Shown here piece by piece: positions 1-7,518 of a stretch of DNA of 14,433 nucleotides. Source of the DNA: a virus (lineage: Duplodnaviria > Heunggongvirae > Uroviricota > Caudoviricetes); the IMG/VR virus record IMGVR_UViG_2609459801_000010; one strand, given 5' to 3'. The translations under genes and the position numbers were made by a program. The stretch's first letter is position 1. Every line of letters begins with the position of its first letter. A model generated the notes under the pieces. The model searched no databases, had not been told where the DNA came from, and saw only the letters and a list, made by a program, of their open reading frames with translations.

Positions 1-411
1 CTGATAATGTTCCGCGAACAGAATGCGCTCTGTGGCGGGGAAATACGCCCGCAGGCTTTCCTTGTTGCACCCGTTCCAGCGTCCGGACGGCTTCGCCCAG
101 ATAATATGGTTCAGCACACTGAAGCGTTCACGCATCATGATTTCGATATCAGATGCCAGGCGATGACCACAGAACAGGTAAAGACTTCCGGCAGGTTTCA
201 GCACCCGCCAGAACTGCGCCAGACACTGGTCCAGCCATTTCAGGTAATCATCGTCGCCCTTCCACTGGTTATCCCAGCCCTCAGGCTTCACTTTAAAGTA
301 CGGCGGGTCCGTGACTATCAGGTCAACAGAATTTTCGGGTAACGACCGGATAAATTCCAGGCAGTCGGCGTTGATTAACTCACAACTGGATATTTTTACA
401 GTATTAAGCAT
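1..411 (-). CDS. DNA methyltransferase (amino-MTase, N6-adenine/N4-cytosine class), N-terminal 137 codons; gene continues beyond window start
   Basis: Reverse-strand translation from ATG at 411-409 gives MLNTVKISSCELINADCLEFIRSLPENSVDLIVTDPPYFKVKPEGWDNQWKGDDDYLKWLDQCLAQFWRVLKPAGSLYLFCGH...; the DPPY tetrapeptide is the catalytic motif of amino-methyltransferases. Frame is open to position 1, so it is absent from the ORF track (no stop in window). Confidence 0.8.
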   Translation of the reverse strand, partial: MLNTVKISSCELINADCLEFIRSLPENSVDLIVTDPPYFKVKPEGWDNQWKGDDDYLKWLDQCLAQFWRVLKPAGSLYLFCGHRLASDIEIMMRERFSVLNHIIWAKPSGRWNGCNKESLRAYFPATERILFAEHYQ

Positions 412-545
412 GGATCATTAAGCCTGTCTCTGATAGGCTCATTCTGCTTTTGCGCAAAGCAGTGGGCCTGAGGTTTGCTTGTGAACCCAACGCATGAGCA
501 GATGGCTGGTGGGTGCCCCTAACACCCACCAGCCGCCCATTTACC

Positions 546-574
546 ACAAATAAAAAAGCCTTCACTGCGGAAGG
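546..574 (-). terminator. Putative intrinsic terminator after the small ORF
   Basis: Minus-strand hairpin GCCTTC-cgcagt-GAAGGC (plus 557-574) followed by TTTTTTATTTG; overlaps the last codons and stop of the 562-759 ORF. Confidence 0.5.
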
Positions 575-759
575 CGTCTGTAACAACCGAACTGATAGTC
601 TGCCAGACCCGCCATAACCAGCTGAGTCAGTATTAACTGGCAGCGTTCGCGTGAAAGGTAAGTATTCTGCGCAATCTCCCCGACTGTCGCCGGTTCGGTG
701 ACGCTTAATTCATTAAACACCACTCTGGCGGTTTCTGTCATATCCTGCTGTTTTAGCAT
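562..759 (-). CDS. Small hypothetical protein (65 aa), possible winged-helix regulator
   Basis: ATG at 759-757 preceded by AAGGGA-like SD; product MLKQQDMTETARVVFNELSVTEPATVGEIAQNTYLSRERCQLILTQLVMAGLADYQFGCYRRLPQ. The longer track ORF (to 846) lacks an RBS. Sits between the Q-like terminator and the methylase. Confidence 0.5.
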   Translation of the reverse strand: MLKQQDMTETARVVFNELSVTEPATVGEIAQNTYLSRERCQLILTQLVMAGLADYQFGCYRRLPQ

Positions 760-878
760 GTCTTTTTCCCTTTTCCGGTTAACGTGACACACCAATAACT
801 CTTGTCGAAAAAGCCAGCAAGCTGAAAGACAGGTATTCACCGCCACCAGCGCGTTTACTGTACTGACGCGATTTCAGT

Positions 879-904
879 CATAAAAAACCCGCCAGGCGGC
901 GGGG
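879..904 (-). terminator. tR'-like intrinsic terminator downstream of the Q-like gene
   Basis: Minus strand: CCCGCC-gcct-GGCGGG stem-loop (plus 888-903) immediately followed by TTTTTTAT; about 80 nt downstream of the Q-like stop. Confidence 0.6.
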
Positions 905-952
905 TGTAAAAAATCTTCTAACGTCAGGCATAAAACGCCTATCGTTAGAGCA

Positions 953-980
953 AATTTACCACAGATTCGGGAAAAATCAA
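953..980 (-). promoter_or_regulatory. PR'-like late promoter (-35 TTGATT, 16-nt spacer, extended -10 TGgTAAATT)
   Basis: Minus strand, starting 6 nt after the Q-like stop codon: TTGATT (980-975), TG at -15/-14, TAAATT (958-953). Gives a predicted ~60-70 nt transcript ending at the 879-904 terminator, like the lambda PR'/tR' unit. Confidence 0.45.
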
Positions 981-985
981 CAACA

Positions 986-1807
986 CTATCGCGTTACCCT
1001 CTTTAACTGCCGCTCCGCCCATGCCTCTTCAATGTCAAACCGAACCACCAACGTATCGTAAAAGCGTTTCACTGATTTTTTCCACGTATCAAGCGTGATA
1101 GCACTCGTCACTTTGCGTATGGCATTAAATGCCTCCGTTGATGGTAGTCTTTCACAGCCACGACCACCACAACGCTGGCAGTCTCTGATAACAGGCATAC
1201 CACGTTTTACCGACTCTTCACGATGAATGGCAACACCACGCCCACGGCAGTCTTTACAGGCAGTGGAAATCTCCCCCTTCCCTTTACATTCAGGACAAGA
1301 AACTTTCACCACCTCCCGAATTTTTTTCCATTCTTCCCAGTAAGACGGATACACACCTTTCGTACACTTTGCCCATACTGGCGGCTTGCCATCCGGATAC
1401 TGAACCTTGTTTGTAAAAACTTCGCCTTCAATAAATTTTTCCCCTCGGCAACAGGGGCACTGCTTTTTACTCGCTGCGCTGCGGGCATAATCCTCAAAAG
1501 CGTACGAAGCCATAATGCGCATCACTACCGGTTTTATTTCTGCCGGAAGTTTTCTCAACGCCGCCACACGATCGCACCGACTGAGTGCATAATCTGCCAG
1601 TAATTCTGTTGCCCGCGCCCTGTCATTCATACTGATGCCCATTTTCCCCAGGAACGCAGAAAACCCCATCTCAGCCCGATTCTGTGTCATGCCCTGCGCG
1701 GCCATCACATCAGTGATACTCAGCGCATCTTTCGACGTTGAGGCCGATGCATCAGTCAGGCCGGGGGATTTTGGGGAGTAGTATTTCGGTAAATCTTCCA
1801 GTTTCAT
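986..1807 (-). CDS. Antitermination protein Q-like (273 aa) with three DnaJ-type CxxCxGxG zinc-finger motifs
   Basis: ATG overlaps the rusA stop (ATGA at 1807-1804). Motifs CPECKGKG, CKDCRGRG, CQRCGGRG plus CPCCRGEK. Position directly after rusA and directly before a promoter-terminator unit matches lambdoid Q synteny. Family assignment relies on synteny and memory, not a search. Confidence 0.6.
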   Translation of the reverse strand: MKLEDLPKYYSPKSPGLTDASASTSKDALSITDVMAAQGMTQNRAEMGFSAFLGKMGISMNDRARATELLADYALSRCDRVAALRKLPAEIKPVVMRIMASYAFEDYARSAASKKQCPCCRGEKFIEGEVFTNKVQYPDGKPPVWAKCTKGVYPSYWEEWKKIREVVKVSCPECKGKGEISTACKDCRGRGVAIHREESVKRGMPVIRDCQRCGGRGCERLPSTEAFNAIRKVTSAITLDTWKKSVKRFYDTLVVRFDIEEAWAERQLKRVTR

Positions 1808-2184
1808 TTTTTGACCTGCTCTTCATGCATTATGGGGTAAATCTTCACCCCCAGACGTCCACCAGATACTGGCTGACCACGAACGATATTGATTTCATCA
1901 AACTGCTCATCGTCCATTAGCAACCCCGCATGCGTCAGCGCATCCAGCGGCGCTTTCAGAATATTGTCCAGATCACGGCGGCGCTTATCCGGTGGTTCTG
2001 CAATAATTTTTATTGCCAACCTTCCGGACAGGCTTAATTTCAGCCGCTGCTGGCGAACAATAAGCGCCACTGCCCGGCGATAACGCTCCCCGGCTTTTGA
2101 TACAAAATATGTGCTGCCACGACGACGCCAGTAAGTGTTCACCGTTGGCGGGTAAGGCAAAACAAATTCTATGCGTTCAGTCAT
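1804..2184 (-). CDS. rusA: Crossover junction endodeoxyribonuclease RusA (Holliday junction resolvase), 126 aa
   Basis: Product MTERIEFVLPYPPTVNTYWRRRG...PPDKRRRDLDNILKAPLDALTHAGLLMDDEQF resembles E. coli RusA (LPWPPSNNRYY..., [23 protein letters not shown]...). Start abuts the upstream stop (TAAATG). Confidence 0.9.
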   Translation of the reverse strand: MTERIEFVLPYPPTVNTYWRRRGSTYFVSKAGERYRRAVALIVRQQRLKLSLSGRLAIKIIAEPPDKRRRDLDNILKAPLDALTHAGLLMDDEQFDEINIVRGQPVSGGRLGVKIYPIMHEEQVKK

Positions 2185-3243
2185 TTATGCTTTCCACTTC
2201 AGAACACCCGAATTTCTCGCGTGCATTAAAAAACGAATCAGCAACAACAGCTGGCTGCCGTGTTTTTCTTCAAAATCTTTTACCCCGGCGTGTAGTTCGC
2301 TATGGCATTTACGGCACAGCGGAATAACAAACAAATCATCAGCCTTTGTTCCCATCCCTCCCAGTCCATGACCAATGATGTGATGCGGATCATCTGCCTG
2401 ATTGCCACACGTCATGCATTTCTGCGTTTTTACCCAGCGCGTGTATACAGGCATCTCTTCCCGTTGTGATTTCTGGCGCTGGAGATACTGAGCCGGTGAC
2501 TCGGGATCAACGGCAATGCTGACCACCGTCTTTTCCTGTGGTGGGTTCTGTTGCTGGTGGGCGTGAGGCAGCGGCGCAAGATTTTTTGTGCGCTGTTTCA
2601 GTATGCTGGTGGCGGTCTGCTCTCCCGGTATGATGTCGCTTTCACTGTACACAGAGCGAATTTTTTCCGCACGCAACCCCAGCGAACGACGTAATACCGC
2701 TTCCGGTAGCGCGTCCGCCACCTGATTGCGGACCGCCCACCAGGATAATTCAGCCAGAGATAATTCACGCTCCTGCGTACCGCTTATTGCGTGACCGATG
2801 ACGTCAATCATCCATGCTGACAGGTTTTGATGAGCAAGTTGCCCGAGTGATTCGGATGTCTGGTCACGCAGCTGGTTGTCGCAGTGCCAGCACAACACCA
2901 TTGCGCCGGTACCATAACGGTGAATGACGGTTTCGCTGTGATGATAATCGCCGTGTGGCCACTGGCAGGATTTAATATGGCGCAACAGCCAGTCAGACAA
3001 TGCACCAGCACCACCAGCAGCACGAATCACCCGTGCGTTACTGAAAAACGGCAGCAATGTTTTGTCTTCCACCAGCGGCTGGCGAGCGGCAGGAACGACC
3101 CCGGACGGCAGATTACGCATGCTTTTTGGTTCCGGCTCCACCAGTATTCTGCCGTTATGGAATGCTGACATTGATTCACGGCCTGGCTTAACGATAACCA
3201 GACCGAGTTCCGGTACCAGAACAGATCGAAGTAATACCCGCAC
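2185..3243 (-). CDS. DUF968/YdfU-like nin-region protein (352 aa) with C-terminal HNH-like Cys/His motif
   Basis: GTG start at 3243-3241 preceded by GGAGGTAAT; size and position (just upstream of rusA and Q) match YdfU-type proteins. C-terminus CMTCGNQADDPHHIIGHGLGG...LCRKCH resembles a CxxC...HH...CxxCH HNH signature. Confidence 0.65.
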   Translation of the reverse strand: MRVLLRSVLVPELGLVIVKPGRESMSAFHNGRILVEPEPKSMRNLPSGVVPAARQPLVEDKTLLPFFSNARVIRAAGGAGALSDWLLRHIKSCQWPHGDYHHSETVIHRYGTGAMVLCWHCDNQLRDQTSESLGQLAHQNLSAWMIDVIGHAISGTQERELSLAELSWWAVRNQVADALPEAVLRRSLGLRAEKIRSVYSESDIIPGEQTATSILKQRTKNLAPLPHAHQQQNPPQEKTVVSIAVDPESPAQYLQRQKSQREEMPVYTRWVKTQKCMTCGNQADDPHHIIGHGLGGMGTKADDLFVIPLCRKCHSELHAGVKDFEEKHGSQLLLLIRFLMHARNSGVLKWKA

Positions 3244-3244
3244 A

Positions 3245-3523
3245 TTACCTCCAGATCCGTTGCTGGAATGTGCGGGACGGACGCGCTGGCCGTTCTGAGT
3301 AAGGGAGCCTGACGGAGATTATCCAGTGACGGTAGTCGAGGCTAAGGGCTTTTTTAACCTCGCATCCGCGCCCGCGGTAACACTGAATGAGCCATTCAGC
3401 CTGTTCTTCGGTGCAGGGGTCGTGCTGATACCAGTCAGATTTGAATGCATGAGAACGCCGCCCGTGCCTGCTGGCAGGGGCGGCAGAGTTATCCGAATTG
3501 TAAAATTTGGTATCGTGCGCCAT
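3245..3523 (-). CDS. Hypothetical phage protein (92 aa)
   Basis: ATG at 3523-3521; stop TAA overlaps the GTG start of the downstream gene, suggesting coupling. No recognisable motif; weak SD. Confidence 0.45.
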   Translation of the reverse strand: MAHDTKFYNSDNSAAPASRHGRRSHAFKSDWYQHDPCTEEQAEWLIQCYRGRGCEVKKALSLDYRHWIISVRLPYSERPARPSRTFQQRIWR

Positions 3524-3790
3524 CTGTTTTCTCTGCTGGCGCAGCAGGTGCCAGTTGTTCAGGCTGACGTATGAAGTATAAATAAACTGGCTCCAGTGTA
3601 AAGCCCCACCTTAATGGAATAAAAACCAAACAACAGATTGCTGGGATAAAAATACAACGCTTATTATTAAAAGCGGTTAGATAAATTAAATTTTAATGTT
3701 ATGCAAATCTGCCAGATTAGCATAATATTTCATTTGAAAACCGCTGAAATAACAATCTTATCGGGATTAATCATATTAAGGTGAGTAAAT

Positions 3791-3877
3791 ATGGAAAACA
3801 ACAAATCTGCACATTACGCTCCTTTTTTATCTGTAATACTTTTTGTATTTTGTTGTGTATGGGCGGTATTTTTATAA
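3791..3877 (+). CDS. Candidate small hydrophobic peptide (28 aa), possible membrane peptide or type I toxin-like ORF
   Basis: ATG at 3791 preceded by AAGGTGAG at good spacing; product MENNKSAHYAPFLSVILFVFCCVWAVFL has a polar N-terminus then one hydrophobic helix; a terminator hairpin follows 20 nt downstream. Below the 60-aa track threshold. Confidence 0.25.
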   Translation: MENNKSAHYAPFLSVILFVFCCVWAVFL

Positions 3878-3892
3878 AACACACCCACAAAT

Positions 3893-3927
3893 AAATCAAA
3901 CCCGCTACAGCGGGTTTGATTTATATA
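3893..3927. terminator. Bidirectional intrinsic terminator
   Basis: Perfect inverted repeat AAATCAAACCCGC-taca-GCGGGTTTGATTT; the GC stem CCCGC/GCGGG is followed by a U-rich run in both orientations. Lies just after the peptidase stop (3932) and after the small plus-strand ORF. Confidence 0.6.
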
Positions 3928-3931
3928 GTTG

Positions 3932-6196
3932 TTATACGGAAACTGGCACACGAGCAGGCAATGGATAGTGAGCCCAGTTATTAGCATTTAAAGCTCTTAC
4001 GCCATCAGCATAAACTTGTGTGTTTCCATCTAATGATTTTAAAGTTACTACAATAGTTACAGGTAAAGGCTCCATTAAGGCCGGTTCATTCGCTCTCAAC
4101 GTTGTTTTAGCTTGAAGAGCCCAGTTACCCGAAGTAATTCCTTTATTAAATGCCTTGCGATGAATTTTTACTGGTGACCACTTTCCACCATGCTCAATTT
4201 GAGCTCTCTCATATCCAGATTGACCGTTTTCTCCTTCCATAGGTACTTTTCCTTTTATAGTATTATTCTCAATTAAGCCAAAACTTAGCTCTACGTTCGC
4301 GCGAACATATTCACTGCCGGCATTAGGGTTCAGTGGTGGTGCATATGCAGCAGTAATTACAATCTCACCTTTAAATTTTCCATTTTGAATAAGTGCCGAT
4401 GGTATGGGATAGTTTTCCTTTCTCCACCTCACCCCAGGAACCAAGAATGTTTGGAAAATCAGAGTAAACCTATCATCACTATCATATAAGGTCTCAATAA
4501 CCTCATTAGGAATTCCCGCTCCCAAATAGCGTCTTTCACTTGGCGAGTAATCAGGAGAAGATAATTGAGCGGAATGAATTAATAATGCTTTAATCAATGA
4601 TGGTGAAACATTAAAGTCTGAATTAGTGGCTATTCTCTGCCATGTATGCGCAGCTAAACTTGCCACAATTGGAGCAGCAAAACTAGTACCAAAATTAGAG
4701 CAAAGCCTATTATCTGGCCCTACGACCTTTAAACTGCTTGCTCCTACATTCCAAGGTCTATGAACCCCACCGCCAGCATGGATTATATCTGGCTTTGGAG
4801 TAAATACAGGCCCAGGGCCACGACGAGTATATGGTGTCGGTGTTCCAATTTCACTTAAAGCATCATTAGCTTCCATATGAGAAACTGAACCAACTGTTAG
4901 TGCTCGGACTGACTCTCCAGGAGAGGAAATTAAATCAGCACCTCCAAGCGGATCAGGATTTGGCCATGTACGTATAGGTTCATCTACATAATTACCTGCA
5001 GCAACTACAAACAAAATACCAAATTTATCGCTGAGCCGATCTAACTCCATCGCAAAATCACTAAACATCTGCTCATTACATGGTCCGCCTCCCAAAGATA
5101 AATTCCAGACTTTTATATCTGGTCTTTTATTTACAGCATCTGCTAGCCTCAGAATTAAATCTGATATATAAGATCCATTTTCATCTAAAGCACAAACATC
5201 ATGGATTTTAGATTTTGTATCAGGAATCCATGGATGATTGTCATTTAAAAAATGAGCGCCTGATATCAATGAAGACACCATAGTCCCATGTTCATAACTC
5301 GTATCAGGAGGAATTACGTATGTTTCCCTACTCACTACCCAAGGAGTAATTGTTGCCGCGATGGGGCTTACCCCAGTGTCAAATACAGCAACAATGGGTA
5401 ATTCTTCTGATGGTACGGGAAAGCTATTTGTTTCAATGCCAACAGAATCACTTACACTAACCGGGAATGCTGAATATTTTGGTTCTGGAATTAACGTTCT
5501 TATACCCGGGTAATCAATGAGAATGTCTAATATATATCTATCATTTGGGGATAAATCCATTATCCTTAATAAGGGAAGACCACATTTTGGTCTAATCTCA
5601 TCATATTTAACTCCGTGTTGTTCTAATATAGAAATAACGTTTTCATAGTTGTTGTAAGTTGCATCTTCACCTGTGTACTCAAATAGTCGTACAAGGATGT
5701 TTGATGATTCAAACAAACCATCAGTGCCTCCTGGAACCTTCCTATTCTCATCCCAAGGTTCAATGCGCTCAATCGCGCTTAGGTTAGCCAAAATCGCTTT
5801 AATATTCCGATGTAAAATGACTGACTCTAATACGTCAAAACAGCCGGCATGAGCAGCAACCAACATTTCATCTATTTTGGCATGACCGGCATTTTGCAAT
5901 CCAGCCTCTTGAGCAATTTTGTTCGGCCTATGCGTTTTGGCTATTCCCTGGTCTCTTAATTTGAAAACCAAAGTACCCAAGCTTCCAGGGTACTCTGAAA
6001 GTTTGGATTCTAAATAATGTTTACTGGTTGTTAAATTTCTTACTAGCCCTTGTCTATATTCGGCTGTTACATCAACCAATACCTTTGCCCCACCGCCAGC
6101 GTTTACTATTGCACCCAAGTCACTACTGGAAAAAGGGATTCTTAACATTGGGTTTGTAACTTTTGCGTTACTAAACTGTGTACCCCTTCTGCTCAT
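3932..6196 (-). CDS. Subtilisin-like serine peptidase (peptidase S8 family), 754 aa, no signal peptide; IetS-like
   Basis: Catalytic triad in canonical subtilase order: Asp in VAVFDTGVS, His in YEHGTMVSS, oxyanion Asn in VVAAGNY, Ser in NFGTSFAAPIVAS. Polar N-terminus with no hydrophobic signal sequence. Strong SD (AAGGAG/AGGAG) before the ATG at 6196. About 270 aa N-terminal and 200 aa C-terminal to the catalytic core have no motif I recognise. Confidence 0.85.
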   Translation of the reverse strand: MSRRGTQFSNAKVTNPMLRIPFSSSDLGAIVNAGGGAKVLVDVTAEYRQGLVRNLTTSKHYLESKLSEYPGSLGTLVFKLRDQGIAKTHRPNKIAQEAGLQNAGHAKIDEMLVAAHAGCFDVLESVILHRNIKAILANLSAIERIEPWDENRKVPGGTDGLFESSNILVRLFEYTGEDATYNNYENVISILEQHGVKYDEIRPKCGLPLLRIMDLSPNDRYILDILIDYPGIRTLIPEPKYSAFPVSVSDSVGIETNSFPVPSEELPIVAVFDTGVSPIAATITPWVVSRETYVIPPDTSYEHGTMVSSLISGAHFLNDNHPWIPDTKSKIHDVCALDENGSYISDLILRLADAVNKRPDIKVWNLSLGGGPCNEQMFSDFAMELDRLSDKFGILFVVAAGNYVDEPIRTWPNPDPLGGADLISSPGESVRALTVGSVSHMEANDALSEIGTPTPYTRRGPGPVFTPKPDIIHAGGGVHRPWNVGASSLKVVGPDNRLCSNFGTSFAAPIVASLAAHTWQRIATNSDFNVSPSLIKALLIHSAQLSSPDYSPSERRYLGAGIPNEVIETLYDSDDRFTLIFQTFLVPGVRWRKENYPIPSALIQNGKFKGEIVITAAYAPPLNPNAGSEYVRANVELSFGLIENNTIKGKVPMEGENGQSGYERAQIEHGGKWSPVKIHRKAFNKGITSGNWALQAKTTLRANEPALMEPLPVTIVVTLKSLDGNTQVYADGVRALNANNWAHYPLPARVPVSV

Positions 6197-7325
6197 ATGC
6201 TCCTGACTCCTTCAGAATGTTTGAAATTACTCTTGATGTAAGTTTGTACAAATTAGCAAGAACTCTGATAGAAAATAATTTTTTATCTTTAGAACGTAAC
6301 CAACGAATTTCATCTTCGTAAGTGCTTAAATTTACACCTTCCATAAGCGATTGCGCAAGATACAAACGCCTATACAATTTATGGTGATTTATCACACTTG
6401 CACCTTCAATAACTGCATCCCTACGTGCATCCAAGCTCACCTGTTCAATTATTGCTCCGGATAATCCCTCCGATTTTCTTGATAAATCACTTAAATCTAG
6501 ATCGCTACATATCATATTCTTTAAACGATTTTTCCAAATTAACTCTCTCTGATGTATGTCAGGCAGAGGCATTGGAATTCTGAAGCTAAATCGCCTCCAG
6601 ATTGCAGGATCCAGAAGTTGCTCATGGTTAGTTGAGGCAATAATTACCGTATCCTCTGATGCCGCATCCATATTCTGCAATAGTGAAATGACAACTCGCT
6701 GAAGCTCACCTATATCTCTCTCATTACCTCTTGCTCCAGCTAAAGCATCAAATTCGTCTAAAAAAAGCACTGATGGCCTCTGCATTACATAATCGAAAAC
6801 CTGTCTAAGATTTTTGCTGGTTTGTCCCAATAAACTACTAATCAAAGTATCGCAACGCACTGTAAGAAGTGGAAAATCTAAGCGGGTAGCGATGTACTTA
6901 GATAACATAGTCTTACCTGTTCCTGGCTTTCCATACACGAGCATACGACTCGGCAATGCTGCATCAGCTTTAACAAACTCATCATAACGTTGAACATTAG
7001 TGATAAACTCTTCAACACGGGTACTGATTGCTGCAGGCAGAAAAATCTCTGAACTGTCTAATTTAGGATAACTGACATCAACAGTGTTGAGTCGACTATC
7101 AATATCTACCGGTAATGAGCCCAGAGATATCCCACCTCCAGCCCTTTGAGCTCCTGCCAACGCCTGGGGAGCTCTAAGCAACCTTTCTCTTATCATTCTG
7201 GCTTGCTTGACCTCCCCTTTTTGTTCGAGCTTATCTGCCAGCAACCCAGCATAATTACTAGCCATCGAAGCATTTGCCTTTGTTGCACCTTCAATGATTT
7301 TTAACACTTCTGATAAATAATCCAT
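6171..7325 (-). CDS. AAA+ ATPase (classical AAA clade), 384 aa; IetA-like
   Basis: Walker A LVYGKPGTGKTML, Walker B SVLFLDEFDAL, second region of homology IIASTNHEQLLDPAIWRRFSF. GGGAG SD before the ATG at 7325. 3' end overlaps the peptidase start by 26 nt, implying co-translation. Confidence 0.85.
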   Translation of the reverse strand: MDYLSEVLKIIEGATKANASMASNYAGLLADKLEQKGEVKQARMIRERLLRAPQALAGAQRAGGGISLGSLPVDIDSRLNTVDVSYPKLDSSEIFLPAAISTRVEEFITNVQRYDEFVKADAALPSRMLVYGKPGTGKTMLSKYIATRLDFPLLTVRCDTLISSLLGQTSKNLRQVFDYVMQRPSVLFLDEFDALAGARGNERDIGELQRVVISLLQNMDAASEDTVIIASTNHEQLLDPAIWRRFSFRIPMPLPDIHQRELIWKNRLKNMICSDLDLSDLSRKSEGLSGAIIEQVSLDARRDAVIEGASVINHHKLYRRLYLAQSLMEGVNLSTYEDEIRWLRSKDKKLFSIRVLANLYKLTSRVISNILKESGAYEQKGYTV

Positions 7326-7518
7326 TCAACACTCCCACAACAAAAAGCCACAGCAATCAAAAAATGAGCACACAGAATCAAAATACTCTCTAATCGTAAC
7401 GCATTTTGAGATTTTTGATACGTTTTTTTGGGATTATGTAACGCCAAATGGTCATTTTGTGTCAGAAAAATAAATCTTAGTACCGAGAATATGTAGCTTC
7501 CATCCTTCATCGTTCTAT

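Noticed and set aside
7-342. 111-aa plus-strand ORF
   Set aside because: Antisense to the methyltransferase gene, whose DPPY-containing reading frame accounts for this region; no RBS.
404-586. 60-aa minus-strand ORF
   Set aside because: Spans the hairpin-rich methylase leader and a terminator; no RBS; likely non-coding.
760-985. tRNA genes downstream of the Q-like gene, as found in some Stx-type phages
   Set aside because: No cloverleaf-compatible sequence or T-loop motif seen; the region is explained by a promoter plus terminator.
1-985. Holin/endolysin lysis cassette expected downstream of Q
   Set aside because: Not present within the window; only a small wHTH ORF and a methyltransferase are seen. 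Lysis genes may lie beyond position 1.
1223-1603. 126-aa plus-strand ORF and nested 63-aa minus ORF (1306-1497)
   Set aside because: Lie inside and antisense to, or out of frame with, the Q-like gene; low-complexity products.
2808-3298. Several 70-95 aa ORFs nested in the DUF968-like gene (2808-3023, 2884-3168, 3027-3245, 3062-3298)
   Set aside because: Alternative frames of a region already explained by a longer ORF with a strong RBS.
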